Assembly: GCA_964580995.1 (NCBI GenBank)
Contig: CAZOMV010000018.1
Coordinates: 55-64,054 of the forward strand
Source: an uncultured Pirellulales bacterium
GTDB taxonomy: Bacteria > Planctomycetota > Phycisphaerae > Sedimentisphaerales > SM23-30
Direction of reading: 5' to 3'
Length of the DNA stretch: 64,000 nucleotides
Shown here: positions 19,008-28,840 of the stretch, piece after piece
Layout of the letters: every line of letters begins with the position of its first letter
How positions within the stretch are numbered: position 1 is the first letter of the stretch
Notes under the pieces: model-generated
The model's database searches: none
Told to the model about the DNA's origin: nothing
What the model saw: only the letters and a program-made list of their open reading frames with translations
Position numbers and translations under genes: made by a program

Positions 19008-19792
19008 CCGACCAGAAACACATGTTGCGGGCCTCGGATATTCAGTTCGGCTATCGCCCCACTCAGCCGGTCCTGGATGCGGTCCATTTTACCGCCTCCC
19101 CCGGCCGCTTCGTCTGCATCCTCGGCCCCAACGGTTCCGGCAAAACCACCCTCCTCCGCTGCCTCCTGGGCTGGCTTAAACCCGCCCAGGGTGCTATCCT
19201 CCTTGATGACAGTCCCCTGAAAAAATATTCCCGCAAAGCCCTGGCCAAACTGATGGCCTACGTCCCCCAGTTTCCAACCTCCGCCTTCCCCTTTTCCGTG
19301 CAGGAGCTGGTCCTCATGGGCCGCTTCGCCCACGCCGGCTCCCTCGGCCTGACCGGCCCGCAGGACCTGGCCATCGCTCGCGAGGCCATGAAAATGACCC
19401 AGACCCTCGATTTCGCCGCCCGCCACCTCAACGAACTCTCCGGCGGCGAGGCCCAGTGTGTCATGATCGCCCGCGCCCTGGCCCAGCAGCCCGCCGTCAT
19501 GATGCTCGACGAACCAACCAGCCACCTCGACATCCGCAACCAACTGAAAATCTACCGCATGATGCAGCGGCTCGCCCACGATTGGGGCATGGCCGTCGTC
19601 TGCGTCAGCCACGAACTCAACCTCGCTGGCCGCTTTGCCGACGAGCTGGTCTTCATGCGCAGTGGCCGCGTCATCGCCGCCGGCCCGCGTCAGCAGGTCC
19701 TCACCCGTGAAAACCTCCGCCAGACCTACGACGTCGGCATCGAGCTGATCCCCAACCCCTTCGACCCCACGCCCATCATCTGGGCCGACTAA
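19004..19792 (+). CDS. ABC transporter ATP-binding protein (BtuD/FepC-like)
   Basis: Walker A GPNGSGKTT, signature LSGGE, Walker B MMLDEPTSHLD. ATGA overlap with the permease. Confidence 0.85.
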   Translation: MTDQKHMLRASDIQFGYRPTQPVLDAVHFTASPGRFVCILGPNGSGKTTLLRCLLGWLKPAQGAILLDDSPLKKYSRKALAKLMAYVPQFPTSAFPFSVQELVLMGRFAHAGSLGLTGPQDLAIAREAMKMTQTLDFAARHLNELSGGEAQCVMIARALAQQPAVMMLDEPTSHLDIRNQLKIYRMMQRLAHDWGMAVVCVSHELNLAGRFADELVFMRSGRVIAAGPRQQVLTRENLRQTYDVGIELIPNPFDPTPIIWAD

Positions 19793-19816
19793 CCCGACTG
19801 ACCCGCCTCCGCAATA

Positions 19817-20704
19817 TCAGCAATATTTGTTTATCAGCAGCCCCAGCTTCTCCCGCGTCGCCGCCGGTATGCTTTTCCGATCCGACCAGATCCCCAGCTC
19901 CAGTGCCTTCTGATGCTCGCACGGCCTCTCCAGCAGTTCCGCCGCCTTCGGCAGCGCCCGCAAAATCAACTGGATCGCATTCTCCGTCGCCGCGTTCAGA
20001 TTCCCGATAATCTCCGTCATCAAACTGTGCTTGTCCAAATCTCCCGGATGTTCCCGCCAGCAGTCATAATCCGTCGGCAGCGCCACCAGCGCATAGCACA
20101 TCTCCGCCTCCCGCGCCAGCTTCGCCTCCGGCATGCACGTCATCCCGATCAAATGCCCGCCCCACTGCCGGTGCAGCAGCGACTCCGCCCGCGTCGAAAA
20201 CTGCGGCCCCTCCATGCACACATACGTCCCGCCGTCATGCACTTTCACCCCCGCACCCGCCGCCGCCCCCAGCAGCACTTGCCGCAACTGCTCGCAGAAC
20301 GGATACGCAAAATCCACATGCACCGCCAGCAGCCCGTCGAAGAAACTATTCTGCCGCTTGAACGTCTTGTCGATCACCTGGTCCGGAATCACCAGGTCCC
20401 GCGGCCGGAATTCGTTCACCAGCGAACCGGTCGCCCCGCTGGCAATGATATGCGTCACACCAAGCTGCTTCAGGGCGTAAATATTCGCGCAGTACGGCAC
20501 ACTCGACGGATTCAGCAGATGCCCATGCCCGTGCCGGTGTAAAAAGGCAATCGGCACCCCGTTGATCTCCGTTGTCACAATCGGCGCTGACGGCCTTCCG
20601 AACGGCGTCTCCACCTCATGCTCCTGCCCCTTCGTCGTCATCGACAATGCCTGCCCCAGCCCCGACCCCCCGATAATCCCTATCCGCTTCACCTGTTCAG
20701 CCAT
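19817..20704 (-). CDS. mtnP: S-methyl-5'-thioadenosine phosphorylase
   Basis: IGIIGGSGLGQ start and PNP/MTAP family motifs (HRHGHGH, GMTCMPEAKLAREAE). ATG at 20704 has an AGGA 8 nt upstream (alternatives 20710/20740). Confidence 0.85.
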   Translation of the reverse strand: MAEQVKRIGIIGGSGLGQALSMTTKGQEHEVETPFGRPSAPIVTTEINGVPIAFLHRHGHGHLLNPSSVPYCANIYALKQLGVTHIIASGATGSLVNEFRPRDLVIPDQVIDKTFKRQNSFFDGLLAVHVDFAYPFCEQLRQVLLGAAAGAGVKVHDGGTYVCMEGPQFSTRAESLLHRQWGGHLIGMTCMPEAKLAREAEMCYALVALPTDYDCWREHPGDLDKHSLMTEIIGNLNAATENAIQLILRALPKAAELLERPCEHQKALELGIWSDRKSIPAATREKLGLLINKYC

Positions 20705-20962
20705 ATCCATTTTCCTGCTGTTAATTACCATATTTACCACAATCCCTGAATTCTACCGGCATGTATTCCCTTCGGCAATATCTAACCTTACTTTTCACAC
20801 CTTTCACTGATGTACAAAAGCAAACAAGCCGGTTGCAACCGGATTACGATGGATTAGCCTGTTGTTTTTTTCAGGGCAATCTTTTGTTGCTTTGCATGGG
20901 GTGGTGGAATATGATACCCTAATAAGCAATTCCGGAAGAGTGTCCGACGAATGGAGAGAATT

Positions 20963-21421
20963 ATGGCTGAGGTACCGAGTAATAAGAATGTGAATATTGT
21001 GCCGCTGATTATCCGGGTCGGGCTGGCGGTGGTGTTTATCTATCATGGGTATGGGAAGGTATTTGCGGGGGGGCATGAGGGGATTGCGCAGTTGATGGCA
21101 AGCAAAGGGGCGCCTTTTCCGGAAGTGCTGGGGTGGATGGCGGGATTGACGGAGTTTTTCGGGGGGATACTGGTGTTGATCGGGCTATTAAGCCGGTTTT
21201 GGGCCCTGGGATTGGGATTTGTGATGGTAGTGGCGATTCAGACGGTGCATGGACCGAATGGATTTGACATTCGAAATAGTGGGTATGAATATTGTTTTAC
21301 GCTGCTGGTGATGAGTCTGTCGATATTTTTGGGCGGGCCAGGGGTATTTTCGGTGGATAAGTTATTATTTGGGCGGGGTAGAAGAAAGAGGGGGAGGCCG
21401 GAATTGCGGCTGAAGCTGTAA
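20963..21421 (+). CDS. DoxX family membrane protein
   Basis: VFIYHGYGKVF and GLTEFFGGILVLIGLLSRF motifs. GGAGAG RBS before the ATG at 20963. Confidence 0.8.
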   Translation: MAEVPSNKNVNIVPLIIRVGLAVVFIYHGYGKVFAGGHEGIAQLMASKGAPFPEVLGWMAGLTEFFGGILVLIGLLSRFWALGLGFVMVVAIQTVHGPNGFDIRNSGYEYCFTLLVMSLSIFLGGPGVFSVDKLLFGRGRRKRGRPELRLKL

Positions 21422-21484
21422 CTAAGGTTTTTAAAATATAAGTTGTTTTATATTAATTAGTTATGAAAAATACTGCGGAATAGA

Positions 21485-21517
21485 GAAGACACAGCCAGGA
21501 TGGCCGTGGCACAATTC
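21485..21517 (+). repeat. dispersed hairpin repeat (GAAGA-CACAGCC-AGGAT-GGCCGTG-GCACAATTC)
   Basis: One of four copies. The others are at 47181-47214 and 54751-54783, plus a partial copy at window positions 1-9. All are intergenic. Confidence 0.7.
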
Positions 21518-21614
21518 TTGTTAAATTAGCAAATCTGTTTGAATGAAGGAGGGAAAAGAAATAAAATACAAAGTTTGTGATTTAAAAACGATATAATACA
21601 AATTGGGTATTAAT

Positions 21615-22511
21615 ATGACAAAAAATCCTGCTATGAATGGAAATCGGCGATTGGCCCAGATTGCCCAAACGGTGGAAAGTGCCATGGAAGGTTATCTATC
21701 GCGTGAGCCGGGGATTCCTGAAACGCTGCGGAAGGCGATTTATTACAGTTTACGGGCGGGCGGGAAGCGGCTTCGACCAGGGCTGGTGATTCTGAGCTGC
21801 CAGGCGTGCGGGGGCGAGGAGATTATCGCGGTGCCGGCGGCAGCGGCGATGGAGATGGTGCATACCTATTCGCTAATCCATGATGATCTGCCGGCGATGG
21901 ACAATGACGATTTCCGCCGGGGCCAGCCGTCGAATCATAAGGTGTTTGGGGATGGGATTGCGATTCTGGCGGGGGATGCGCTGCTGACGTATGCGTTTAC
22001 CACGCTGGCGCGGCATATTCGGAAGGATTCGCTGGTAAAAGAGCTGGTTTTGGAACTTTCGGAGGCGGCGGGGGCCGGGGGGATGATCGGGGGGCAGGTG
22101 GAGGATTTGAATCATCAGAATCTGGGTGGGGAACTGGAAATGGTGCAATATATTCATACGCATAAGACGGCGATGATGTTTCGGGGGGCGGCGCGAATGG
22201 GGGCGATTTGTGCGGAGGCGGATCGGCGGGAGATTGACACGCTGGGGGATTACGGGCTGAAGATCGGGCTGGCGTTCCAGATTGTGGATGATATTCTGGA
22301 TCTGACCGGTTCGGTGGAGGAACTGGGCAAAAGTCCCCAAAAGGACCTTCAGGCCGGGAAGCTGACGTATCCGGCGGTTATGGGACTGGAGCAATCGCAG
22401 GAGCATGCGGAGAAGCTGGTGGCGGAGGCGATCGAGGCGTTGGATGATTTTGGGGATCGGGCCGAACCTTTACGGGAACTGGCACGTATGTTAATCCAGA
22501 GAAACCATTAA
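21615..22511 (+). CDS. ispA: polyprenyl (farnesyl/geranylgeranyl) diphosphate synthase
   Basis: First Asp-rich motif IHDDLPAMDNDDFRRG and second motif DDILD. Confidence 0.85.
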   Translation: MTKNPAMNGNRRLAQIAQTVESAMEGYLSREPGIPETLRKAIYYSLRAGGKRLRPGLVILSCQACGGEEIIAVPAAAAMEMVHTYSLIHDDLPAMDNDDFRRGQPSNHKVFGDGIAILAGDALLTYAFTTLARHIRKDSLVKELVLELSEAAGAGGMIGGQVEDLNHQNLGGELEMVQYIHTHKTAMMFRGAARMGAICAEADRREIDTLGDYGLKIGLAFQIVDDILDLTGSVEELGKSPQKDLQAGKLTYPAVMGLEQSQEHAEKLVAEAIEALDDFGDRAEPLRELARMLIQRNH

Positions 22512-22538
22512 TCGAATTTTCCGGATGCGCGTTACTTT

Positions 22539-24476
22539 ATGGAACAAAAATTGTTAAAAACCATTCATTCCTCTGCCGATCTTCGCCAGTTGGCGCCGGA
22601 CTCCCTGGCAGAACTGGCGGAGGAGATTCGGAACCTGATTAAAGCGGCGGTGAGTAAAAATGGGGGACATTTGTCGAGCAATCTGGGGATTGTGGAGCTG
22701 TCGATAGCCCTGCATGCGGTTTTTTCGTTTGACCGGGACCGGATTGTCTGGGATGTGGGCCATCAATGTTATGTACACAAGATTCTGACGGGCCGGGGGG
22801 AGGGATTTGAGCGATTGCGTCAGAAGGGGGGGGTCAGCGGCTTTCCCAATCCGCAGGAAAGCCCGCACGACCAGTTTTCGGTGGGCCATGCCGGGACGGC
22901 GATTGCCACGGCGGTGGGGCTGGCGCTGGGAGCCCAGTTGCAGCATACCGAGGAGAAGGTGGTGGCGGTGGTGGGGGACGCGAGTATTGTCAATGGTTTG
23001 TCGTTCGAAGGGCTGAATAATACTTCGCTGCTGCAGCGGCAATTGCTGATTATTCTGAATGACAATTCGATGGCAATCGACAAGACGCAGGGGGCGTTCG
23101 CGAGTTATCTGACCCATTTGCGGCTGACGCGGTCGTATGATGATCTGCACCGGCGGACCAAGCTGCTGGTGAAAAGCCTTCCGTATGTCGGGGACGCGAT
23201 CCACGAGACGCTGGGCCGGCTGAAGGGGGGCTTGAAGACGACGCTGCAGGGGCAGCAGAAATTCGATCAGTTAGGCATTCCCACGTATGGTCCGGTGGAC
23301 GGCCACGATATTCCGGCTCTGATCCAGCTTTTTCAGATTTTAAAGGAGGTGCATCATCCGATTATACTGCATGTGCAGACGGAAAAGGGGCGGGGATTTA
23401 CGCCGGCGTGTGAGGATCCGTGCAGGTTTCACAGCCCCAATCCATTTACGGTGAACGGTCAGACGGCCAGTTTTGCCCAGAGCGGCGGCCAGAGTTTTAC
23501 CTCCGTCTTTTCGCGGATGCTGGGGGAGTTGATGCGGAAAGAGGAGCGGGTGGTGGCGTTGACGGCGGCGATGGCGGATGGAACGGGGCTGGCCCGGCTG
23601 CGGGAACAATTTCCCGGACGGGTCATTGATGTGGGGATCGCGGAGAGTGCGGCGGTGGACATAGCGGCGGGACTGGCGAAGAAAGGGCTGCGTCCGGTAG
23701 TGGCGATTTACTCGACGTTTTTGCAGCGGAGTTTCGATCAGATCTTTCAGGAAGTGTCGCTGCAGAATTTACCGGTGGTATTCTGTCTGGATCGGGCCGG
23801 ACTGGTGGGCGGGGACGGTGCGGTTCATCATGGTTTTTGTGATATCACGCTACTACGGAGCCTTCCAAATCTGGTGTTGATGGCGCCGATGAACGAGGCG
23901 GAATTGGAGGGGGCGTTGGAATTTGCGCTGGGGTGCGGCAAGGCGGCGGTGATTCGTTATCCGCGGGATCTGGTGGGGGATATGGGATCCGTACTGCCGG
24001 ATTACCAGTGTGAAGCATTCCGGCTGGGGAAGCCTTCGGTGCTTCGGGAGGGGCGGGACGCGTTGGTGCTGGCGTATGGCACGGCCGGATATACGGCACT
24101 GGCGGCGGCCCAGCATCTGGCGGAAGAGGGGATTGAGGCAGCGGTGGTGAGCGGCCGTTTTGCCAAGCCGCTGGAGGAGGCCTGGTGGCAGCCGTTATTG
24201 GAGAATGCAAAAAATATACCGATCCTGACGCTGGAAGACCATGCGTTGACGGGCGGTTTTGGCAGCGCGATCCTGGAATTTGCCCAGGAACACAAAATAG
24301 ATACCCGAAATATCACGCGAATGGGCATTCCAGACCGATTTATTGAACAGGCCAGTCGCCCGGAGCAATTGGCGGAGGTCCATCTGGACCGTCGCGGAAT
24401 CGAAGAGGCGGTTCGCGGTGCGGTGGCGAAACAGGTACCGATTTCGTCGAAGCGAGTGACCAGCCAGGCGGTATGA
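22539..24476 (+). CDS. dxs: 1-deoxy-D-xylulose-5-phosphate synthase
   Basis: 645 aa. GGHLSSNLG, DVGHQCY and GDASIVNG TPP-binding motifs. Follows ispA, a common arrangement. Confidence 0.9.
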   Translation: MEQKLLKTIHSSADLRQLAPDSLAELAEEIRNLIKAAVSKNGGHLSSNLGIVELSIALHAVFSFDRDRIVWDVGHQCYVHKILTGRGEGFERLRQKGGVSGFPNPQESPHDQFSVGHAGTAIATAVGLALGAQLQHTEEKVVAVVGDASIVNGLSFEGLNNTSLLQRQLLIILNDNSMAIDKTQGAFASYLTHLRLTRSYDDLHRRTKLLVKSLPYVGDAIHETLGRLKGGLKTTLQGQQKFDQLGIPTYGPVDGHDIPALIQLFQILKEVHHPIILHVQTEKGRGFTPACEDPCRFHSPNPFTVNGQTASFAQSGGQSFTSVFSRMLGELMRKEERVVALTAAMADGTGLARLREQFPGRVIDVGIAESAAVDIAAGLAKKGLRPVVAIYSTFLQRSFDQIFQEVSLQNLPVVFCLDRAGLVGGDGAVHHGFCDITLLRSLPNLVLMAPMNEAELEGALEFALGCGKAAVIRYPRDLVGDMGSVLPDYQCEAFRLGKPSVLREGRDALVLAYGTAGYTALAAAQHLAEEGIEAAVVSGRFAKPLEEAWWQPLLENAKNIPILTLEDHALTGGFGSAILEFAQEHKIDTRNITRMGIPDRFIEQASRPEQLAEVHLDRRGIEEAVRGAVAKQVPISSKRVTSQAV

Positions 24477-24480
24477 AGGT

Positions 24481-25377
24481 ATGTCAGAGAAACGAAACAG
24501 AAAGCGAATTTTTCTCCTGCAAAATCCGGCGAAAGCGCAATGCCGGGAAATAGCGGCGGAGTTACTGGAATGGCTGGGGCAGCGGTCTGAAATCGCAGGT
24601 GATAATGTTCATTCCGAGAGCGTAGATCCCGTCCGTCTGCAGGGAGCGGATTATATTGTGGTGTTGGGGGGAGACGGGACGATACTCTCGACGGTGCGGG
24701 GATTGGGGAAGAATCAGGTGCCGATTATCGGGGTGAATATGGGGAAGCTGGGATTTCTGGCGGAATTTACGGTCGAGCAGTTGAAGACTAATTTTGAGAA
24801 AATCACCTCCGAATCCTCCTTTATCCGGCGTCGGGTGATGCTGGAATGCCGGATCCGGGGATCTCATCGGCCCGATCATGTGAGCACGATCGTGAACGAA
24901 CTGGCGGTGATAGCCGGGCCGCCCTTTCGGATGATCGAGGTGTCGGTGCGGATCGGCGGGGAGCATTTGGCACTTTGTGCGGGGGATGGATTAATTATTT
25001 CCACACCGACGGGTTCGACGGCATATAATCTATCAGCCGGCGGTCCGATCCTGGCGGCAACGCTGCAGGCGGCGGTGATTACTCCGCTGGCGGCCCATTC
25101 GCTGAGTTTCCGGCCGATTGTGGTGAATCTGGACAAGCCGATTACGGTTCAATGCCGGGACAATCATTATCGGCAAAAAGTGCGGGAAGGGGCCGCGGTG
25201 GTGGCGATTGACGGGCAGGAGAGTATCGCCCTGAGAAATGAAGATGAAGTGATTATTACACCGGCGGAAGCGTGTTTTCAGTTGGTGCATAATCCAATGG
25301 AAAGCCAGTGGCATTTGTTGAATACGAAACTGAACTGGGGCACGATGCCTAACTATGGTGAGAAATATGAAAAATAG
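24481..25377 (+). CDS. nadK: NAD kinase
   Basis: GGDGT motif (VVLGGDGTILS) and STPTGSTAYNLSAGGPI motif. Confidence 0.85.
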   Translation: MSEKRNRKRIFLLQNPAKAQCREIAAELLEWLGQRSEIAGDNVHSESVDPVRLQGADYIVVLGGDGTILSTVRGLGKNQVPIIGVNMGKLGFLAEFTVEQLKTNFEKITSESSFIRRRVMLECRIRGSHRPDHVSTIVNELAVIAGPPFRMIEVSVRIGGEHLALCAGDGLIISTPTGSTAYNLSAGGPILAATLQAAVITPLAAHSLSFRPIVVNLDKPITVQCRDNHYRQKVREGAAVVAIDGQESIALRNEDEVIITPAEACFQLVHNPMESQWHLLNTKLNWGTMPNYGEKYEK

Positions 25378-26884
25378 AAGAATGATCGATTGGATGTTTT
25401 TGGTATTGGTGGTTTTGGCTGGGAAAGCGTTGTATGGCCAGACCTATGCCTCTCAGGACGGGCATCTGCTGGATGCCAATCCGCGTCAGGGGTCGATGGG
25501 GTGGAACACTCCGATGCGGCTGGATGCGCTGGTGCCGCGGGCCAATCTGTATATTACGGGGAATGTGGGGCAGGGGGCGAGTTTTCAGGGGCTGGTTCCC
25601 TATCGCAGTACGGGCGAAATGGGGGCGCCGCTGGGGAGCAGTACGTTAAGCAATTTTCGGCGTGATTCGGTGGGATTGACGGATTTATCGGTGAATCTGG
25701 CGGCTCCGAATATTTATATTGATCCGTCCCGTGCGGTGACGGGCACGTATGGAGGGCAGGTGGTGAATACCGCCCGCCTTTATAGTACACCGGTCACCCC
25801 GGTGGGGGCGAATTTAATGATGACCCCCTATTCTGGGGATCTGTCGATGCGTCCCTTGAGCCGGTCGTATTCCTCCTCGCTCCGAATCAATCCGATTTCT
25901 GTTCCTGATTATTCAACGGGATCTCCGGGCTTGCCGCGTCAGCCGTGGCAGAGCGGGCCGGTGATGCCGACGATTCCGGGCCAATTGCCCGGTTCGGAAG
26001 GGACGGGAATTGGGGAGCCGGTTCGGAATACAAACGCTCTTACCAGCGAACAGACCCGTCTGCGGATGGAAACGGAGACGCCGGGTTATACGGAGAGTAC
26101 GGTTTTGCCGGGCGATACGCTTTGGCAGAATGCCGAGCCGTCCGGAGCGAATTTGCGGCAGGGGGCCGCATACGATATTGGAGAGGTTTATTCGGAAGTG
26201 CTGGAAAGTTACCGGCAGTTGCCTCCCTCCGGTACCGTTCCTGCCGAGGGGGCTGCGTTGAATTCCCTTCAGAATCCTTCGCCGGAGTCAAAAGAAGTTT
26301 CTTCCCCCTCGTTGAGCGGTTTTGGTTCTTTATCGATGGGCAAGGATAAGAGTCTGCAACCAAATCCGCTGCAACAGAAGCAGATGAGTGAATATATGAA
26401 AAAGGGGGAGCAATGTATGAACGAAGGGAAATTTTATGCGGCGGCGAACGCGTTTGATACGGCGGTTTTTTATGACAGCCAGAATCCGCTGCCGTACCTG
26501 GCCAAATCGCATGCCCTGTTTGCGGCGGGGGAGCTGATGAGTTCGGCCTTTTTCCTGCAAAAGGCTTTTGGCCTTTCGAAGGAACTGGCGCAGGTGCCGG
26601 TGGATTTGCAGCGGCTGTTTCCCAGCCGGGAAAAGCTGGACCAGCGCATGGCGGATTTGCAGCGATGGGAAGAGCGGACCGGCCAGCCGATGCTGCTTTT
26701 TCTGCAGGGGTATTTTCAATTTCAGTTAAAGCAATATGAGCCGGCCCAGGAATCCCTGAAGCAGGCGGCGGAACGGCTGCCGGAGAACCCGGAAATCCAG
26801 GTTTTGTTAGAAGCAGTCAAGGCGGCGCAGGCTTCCGGGTCGCCGGCGCAAAATTCGGAGCCAGCCGGCGAGTCAGAAAAATAG
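25367..26884 (+). CDS. secreted hypothetical protein, Pro/Ser/Gly-rich N-half and TPR-like C-terminus
   Basis: Signal-like MKNRRMIDWMFLVLVVLAG. C-terminal helical repeats (GKFYAAANAFDTAVFYD...). Start uncertain (25355/25367/25382). Confidence 0.6.
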   Translation: MKNRRMIDWMFLVLVVLAGKALYGQTYASQDGHLLDANPRQGSMGWNTPMRLDALVPRANLYITGNVGQGASFQGLVPYRSTGEMGAPLGSSTLSNFRRDSVGLTDLSVNLAAPNIYIDPSRAVTGTYGGQVVNTARLYSTPVTPVGANLMMTPYSGDLSMRPLSRSYSSSLRINPISVPDYSTGSPGLPRQPWQSGPVMPTIPGQLPGSEGTGIGEPVRNTNALTSEQTRLRMETETPGYTESTVLPGDTLWQNAEPSGANLRQGAAYDIGEVYSEVLESYRQLPPSGTVPAEGAALNSLQNPSPESKEVSSPSLSGFGSLSMGKDKSLQPNPLQQKQMSEYMKKGEQCMNEGKFYAAANAFDTAVFYDSQNPLPYLAKSHALFAAGELMSSAFFLQKAFGLSKELAQVPVDLQRLFPSREKLDQRMADLQRWEERTGQPMLLFLQGYFQFQLKQYEPAQESLKQAAERLPENPEIQVLLEAVKAAQASGSPAQNSEPAGESEK

Positions 26885-26887
26885 AGT

Positions 26888-27226
26888 ATGAGTGAACCGA
26901 GCGAACAAAATGTTGAACCGGATTCATCCCTACCCCAGGCAGAGGGATGTGCCGGCTGCCCCGATTCGCACGGGTGCCGGGCGGCGTGGGGAGCACCGCG
27001 GCGCGGGCCTTTCAGTGCCGTGGGGCTTTTTTGGGCGAGCCTGATCGTTTTTCTGTGGCCGTTGTTTTTGGCGGTGGCTGTGGGATTGCTGGCGCGGCAA
27101 TGTCTGGCGTTTGCCGATACGGTTTTGTGGGAAGCGGTATTTGCCGGGTGCGGATTGCTGGCGGGCGGTTTGACGGCGCGGGCGGTGCTGCCCTGGATTC
27201 AAAGGAGATTTCCCGCCCATTCCTAA
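26888..27226 (+). CDS. small Cys-rich 2-TM protein (RseC/MucC-like architecture)
   Basis: GCAGCPDSHGC motif followed by two TM helices. Resemblance to RseC is architectural only. Confidence 0.4.
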   Translation: MSEPSEQNVEPDSSLPQAEGCAGCPDSHGCRAAWGAPRRGPFSAVGLFWASLIVFLWPLFLAVAVGLLARQCLAFADTVLWEAVFAGCGLLAGGLTARAVLPWIQRRFPAHS

Positions 27227-27256
27227 GAGCGGTTATTTCGATATGAGCAATTGGTT

Positions 27257-27844
27257 ATGAATGAAAAACCACGGACTATCATTGTCGGGATCAGCGGGGC
27301 CAGCGGGGTGATTTATGCCCGGCGGCTGCTGGACCTGCTGGAGAAGGCCGGCTGTAAAATTCATGTAATCATTACCCCGGTGGCGGAACAATTGCTGGTT
27401 GAGGAGATGGGGATTACGGAGCGGACTGTTACTATCCTGCTGGGCCGGGAGAGCGAGAAACTTACCTTTCACAACCACAAGGATCTGTTCAGTCCGCTGG
27501 CCAGCGGCTCCTATCCGGTTGATGCGATGGTGGTTTGTCCCTGCTCCTCGCATAGTGTGGCGGCGATTGCCGCGGGATTGGCGGATACGCTGCTGCTGCG
27601 GGCGGCGTATGTCAGTCTGAAGCAAAGACGCCCCCTGATTCTGGTGCACCGGGAGGCGCCGCTGACGGCGATGGATCTGGAAAACATGCTGAAGATCACG
27701 CAAGCGGGGGGTATTATCTGTCCTGCGTCACCGGCATTTTACATGGCGCCGGAAACGATTCTCGATCTGGTGGATTCGGTGGTGGGGCGGGTGCTCGATT
27801 TACTGCACATCGAGCATGATCTGCCGATTCGCTGGAGCCTGTAA
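27257..27844 (+). CDS. ubiX: flavin prenyltransferase UbiX
   Basis: IIVGISGASGVIYARRLL start, VVCPCSSHSVAAIAAG, and REAPL motif. Confidence 0.85.
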   Translation: MNEKPRTIIVGISGASGVIYARRLLDLLEKAGCKIHVIITPVAEQLLVEEMGITERTVTILLGRESEKLTFHNHKDLFSPLASGSYPVDAMVVCPCSSHSVAAIAAGLADTLLLRAAYVSLKQRRPLILVHREAPLTAMDLENMLKITQAGGIICPASPAFYMAPETILDLVDSVVGRVLDLLHIEHDLPIRWSL

Positions 27845-27851
27845 ATTCCGG

Positions 27852-28661
27852 CTATTTTGCATTATTTTGCAGGGGGATCAGGTCAAACTGGCGGAAGAAG
27901 ACTTCCGCACCCTCGGATTGAATCTGGATTTTTCCTTTACGCGGCTGGACGTCTAGGCAGCGGTTGACCAGTACGCCGTTCAATAGAACGGTGATGGTTT
28001 GGCCGTCGGCGATGCATTCGTAGCGATTCCACTGGCCGAGCGGTTTTTCGAGGTCCTGCGGGCCGCGGAATCCTTTGACATCCTTCCAGCCGGGATCGCG
28101 GCCCCACCAGTCGATGCGGCCGCCGTGAATGGTAGTGGGTGTACCTTGTTCGTTAAAGATGTGGCCGTCTGGGCCGACGGGGCTGGTCAGCATAAATTCT
28201 TTGCGGCCGTCTCCCACGACGATAAAGTCGCCGGTGCCGCCCTCGATCATCTGCAGTTCGATGCCGAACATCCACACGCCGCCGAAGGCACCATCATCCC
28301 CCTGGGAGTGAATGACCAGACCGCTGTCACGGGCACTTTCCACGCGCGGGGGGAAGGTTTTTTCGCCCCATTTGAACTCGGCGATCAAATGGTAATTTTC
28401 AAAATTATCGCGTGTCACCAGTCCGCCGAATTCCTCACCGGAAATCCGAATCATGCCGTCCTGCACGGTGCAGACGTTTTGGGGGTCCACATCACGACCG
28501 CGACCTTGCAGGAACGTATAAAAACTGCTCAGGTCTTTGCCATTGAAAAGGTGGATGACCCGATCGGATGGGGAAGACTGATTTTGGTGGCAACCACCCA
28601 AGGCGAGCAAGAGTGCCAGGACCGTGAGAGGCATGGAAAAAATTGATTTTGAATGATTCAT
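27852..28661 (-). CDS. DUF1080 (3-keto-disaccharide hydrolase-like) lipoprotein
   Basis: Lipobox LALGGC. C-terminal KGKIQIQSEGAEVFFRQFDLIPL typical of DUF1080. ATG at 28661 chosen over the ORF-track start 28718. Confidence 0.75.
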   Translation of the reverse strand: MNHSKSIFSMPLTVLALLLALGGCHQNQSSPSDRVIHLFNGKDLSSFYTFLQGRGRDVDPQNVCTVQDGMIRISGEEFGGLVTRDNFENYHLIAEFKWGEKTFPPRVESARDSGLVIHSQGDDGAFGGVWMFGIELQMIEGGTGDFIVVGDGRKEFMLTSPVGPDGHIFNEQGTPTTIHGGRIDWWGRDPGWKDVKGFRGPQDLEKPLGQWNRYECIADGQTITVLLNGVLVNRCLDVQPRKGKIQIQSEGAEVFFRQFDLIPLQNNAK

Positions 28662-28840
28662 AATCTGTTTATCTCCAAAAAGATGGCTACACGACATCAT
28701 CTGACGATTGTGCTTCATTATAACTTTTCATGATGAAAATACCAGGGTTTATAGGGAAAAAATAATTTTTATACTTTGTTTTTCCGGTAATTCTGATAAG
28801 TTAAAGGCCTAAAATTACTTCAAAATCGGGAAAGTGATTG

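Noticed and set aside
28724-28735. 12-mer CTTTTCATGATG, identical to the reverse complement of the core of the 63-nt repeat (CATCATGAAAAG).
   Set aside because: The similarity does not extend beyond the 12-mer. A single match of this length in 128 kb of two-strand sequence is borderline chance.
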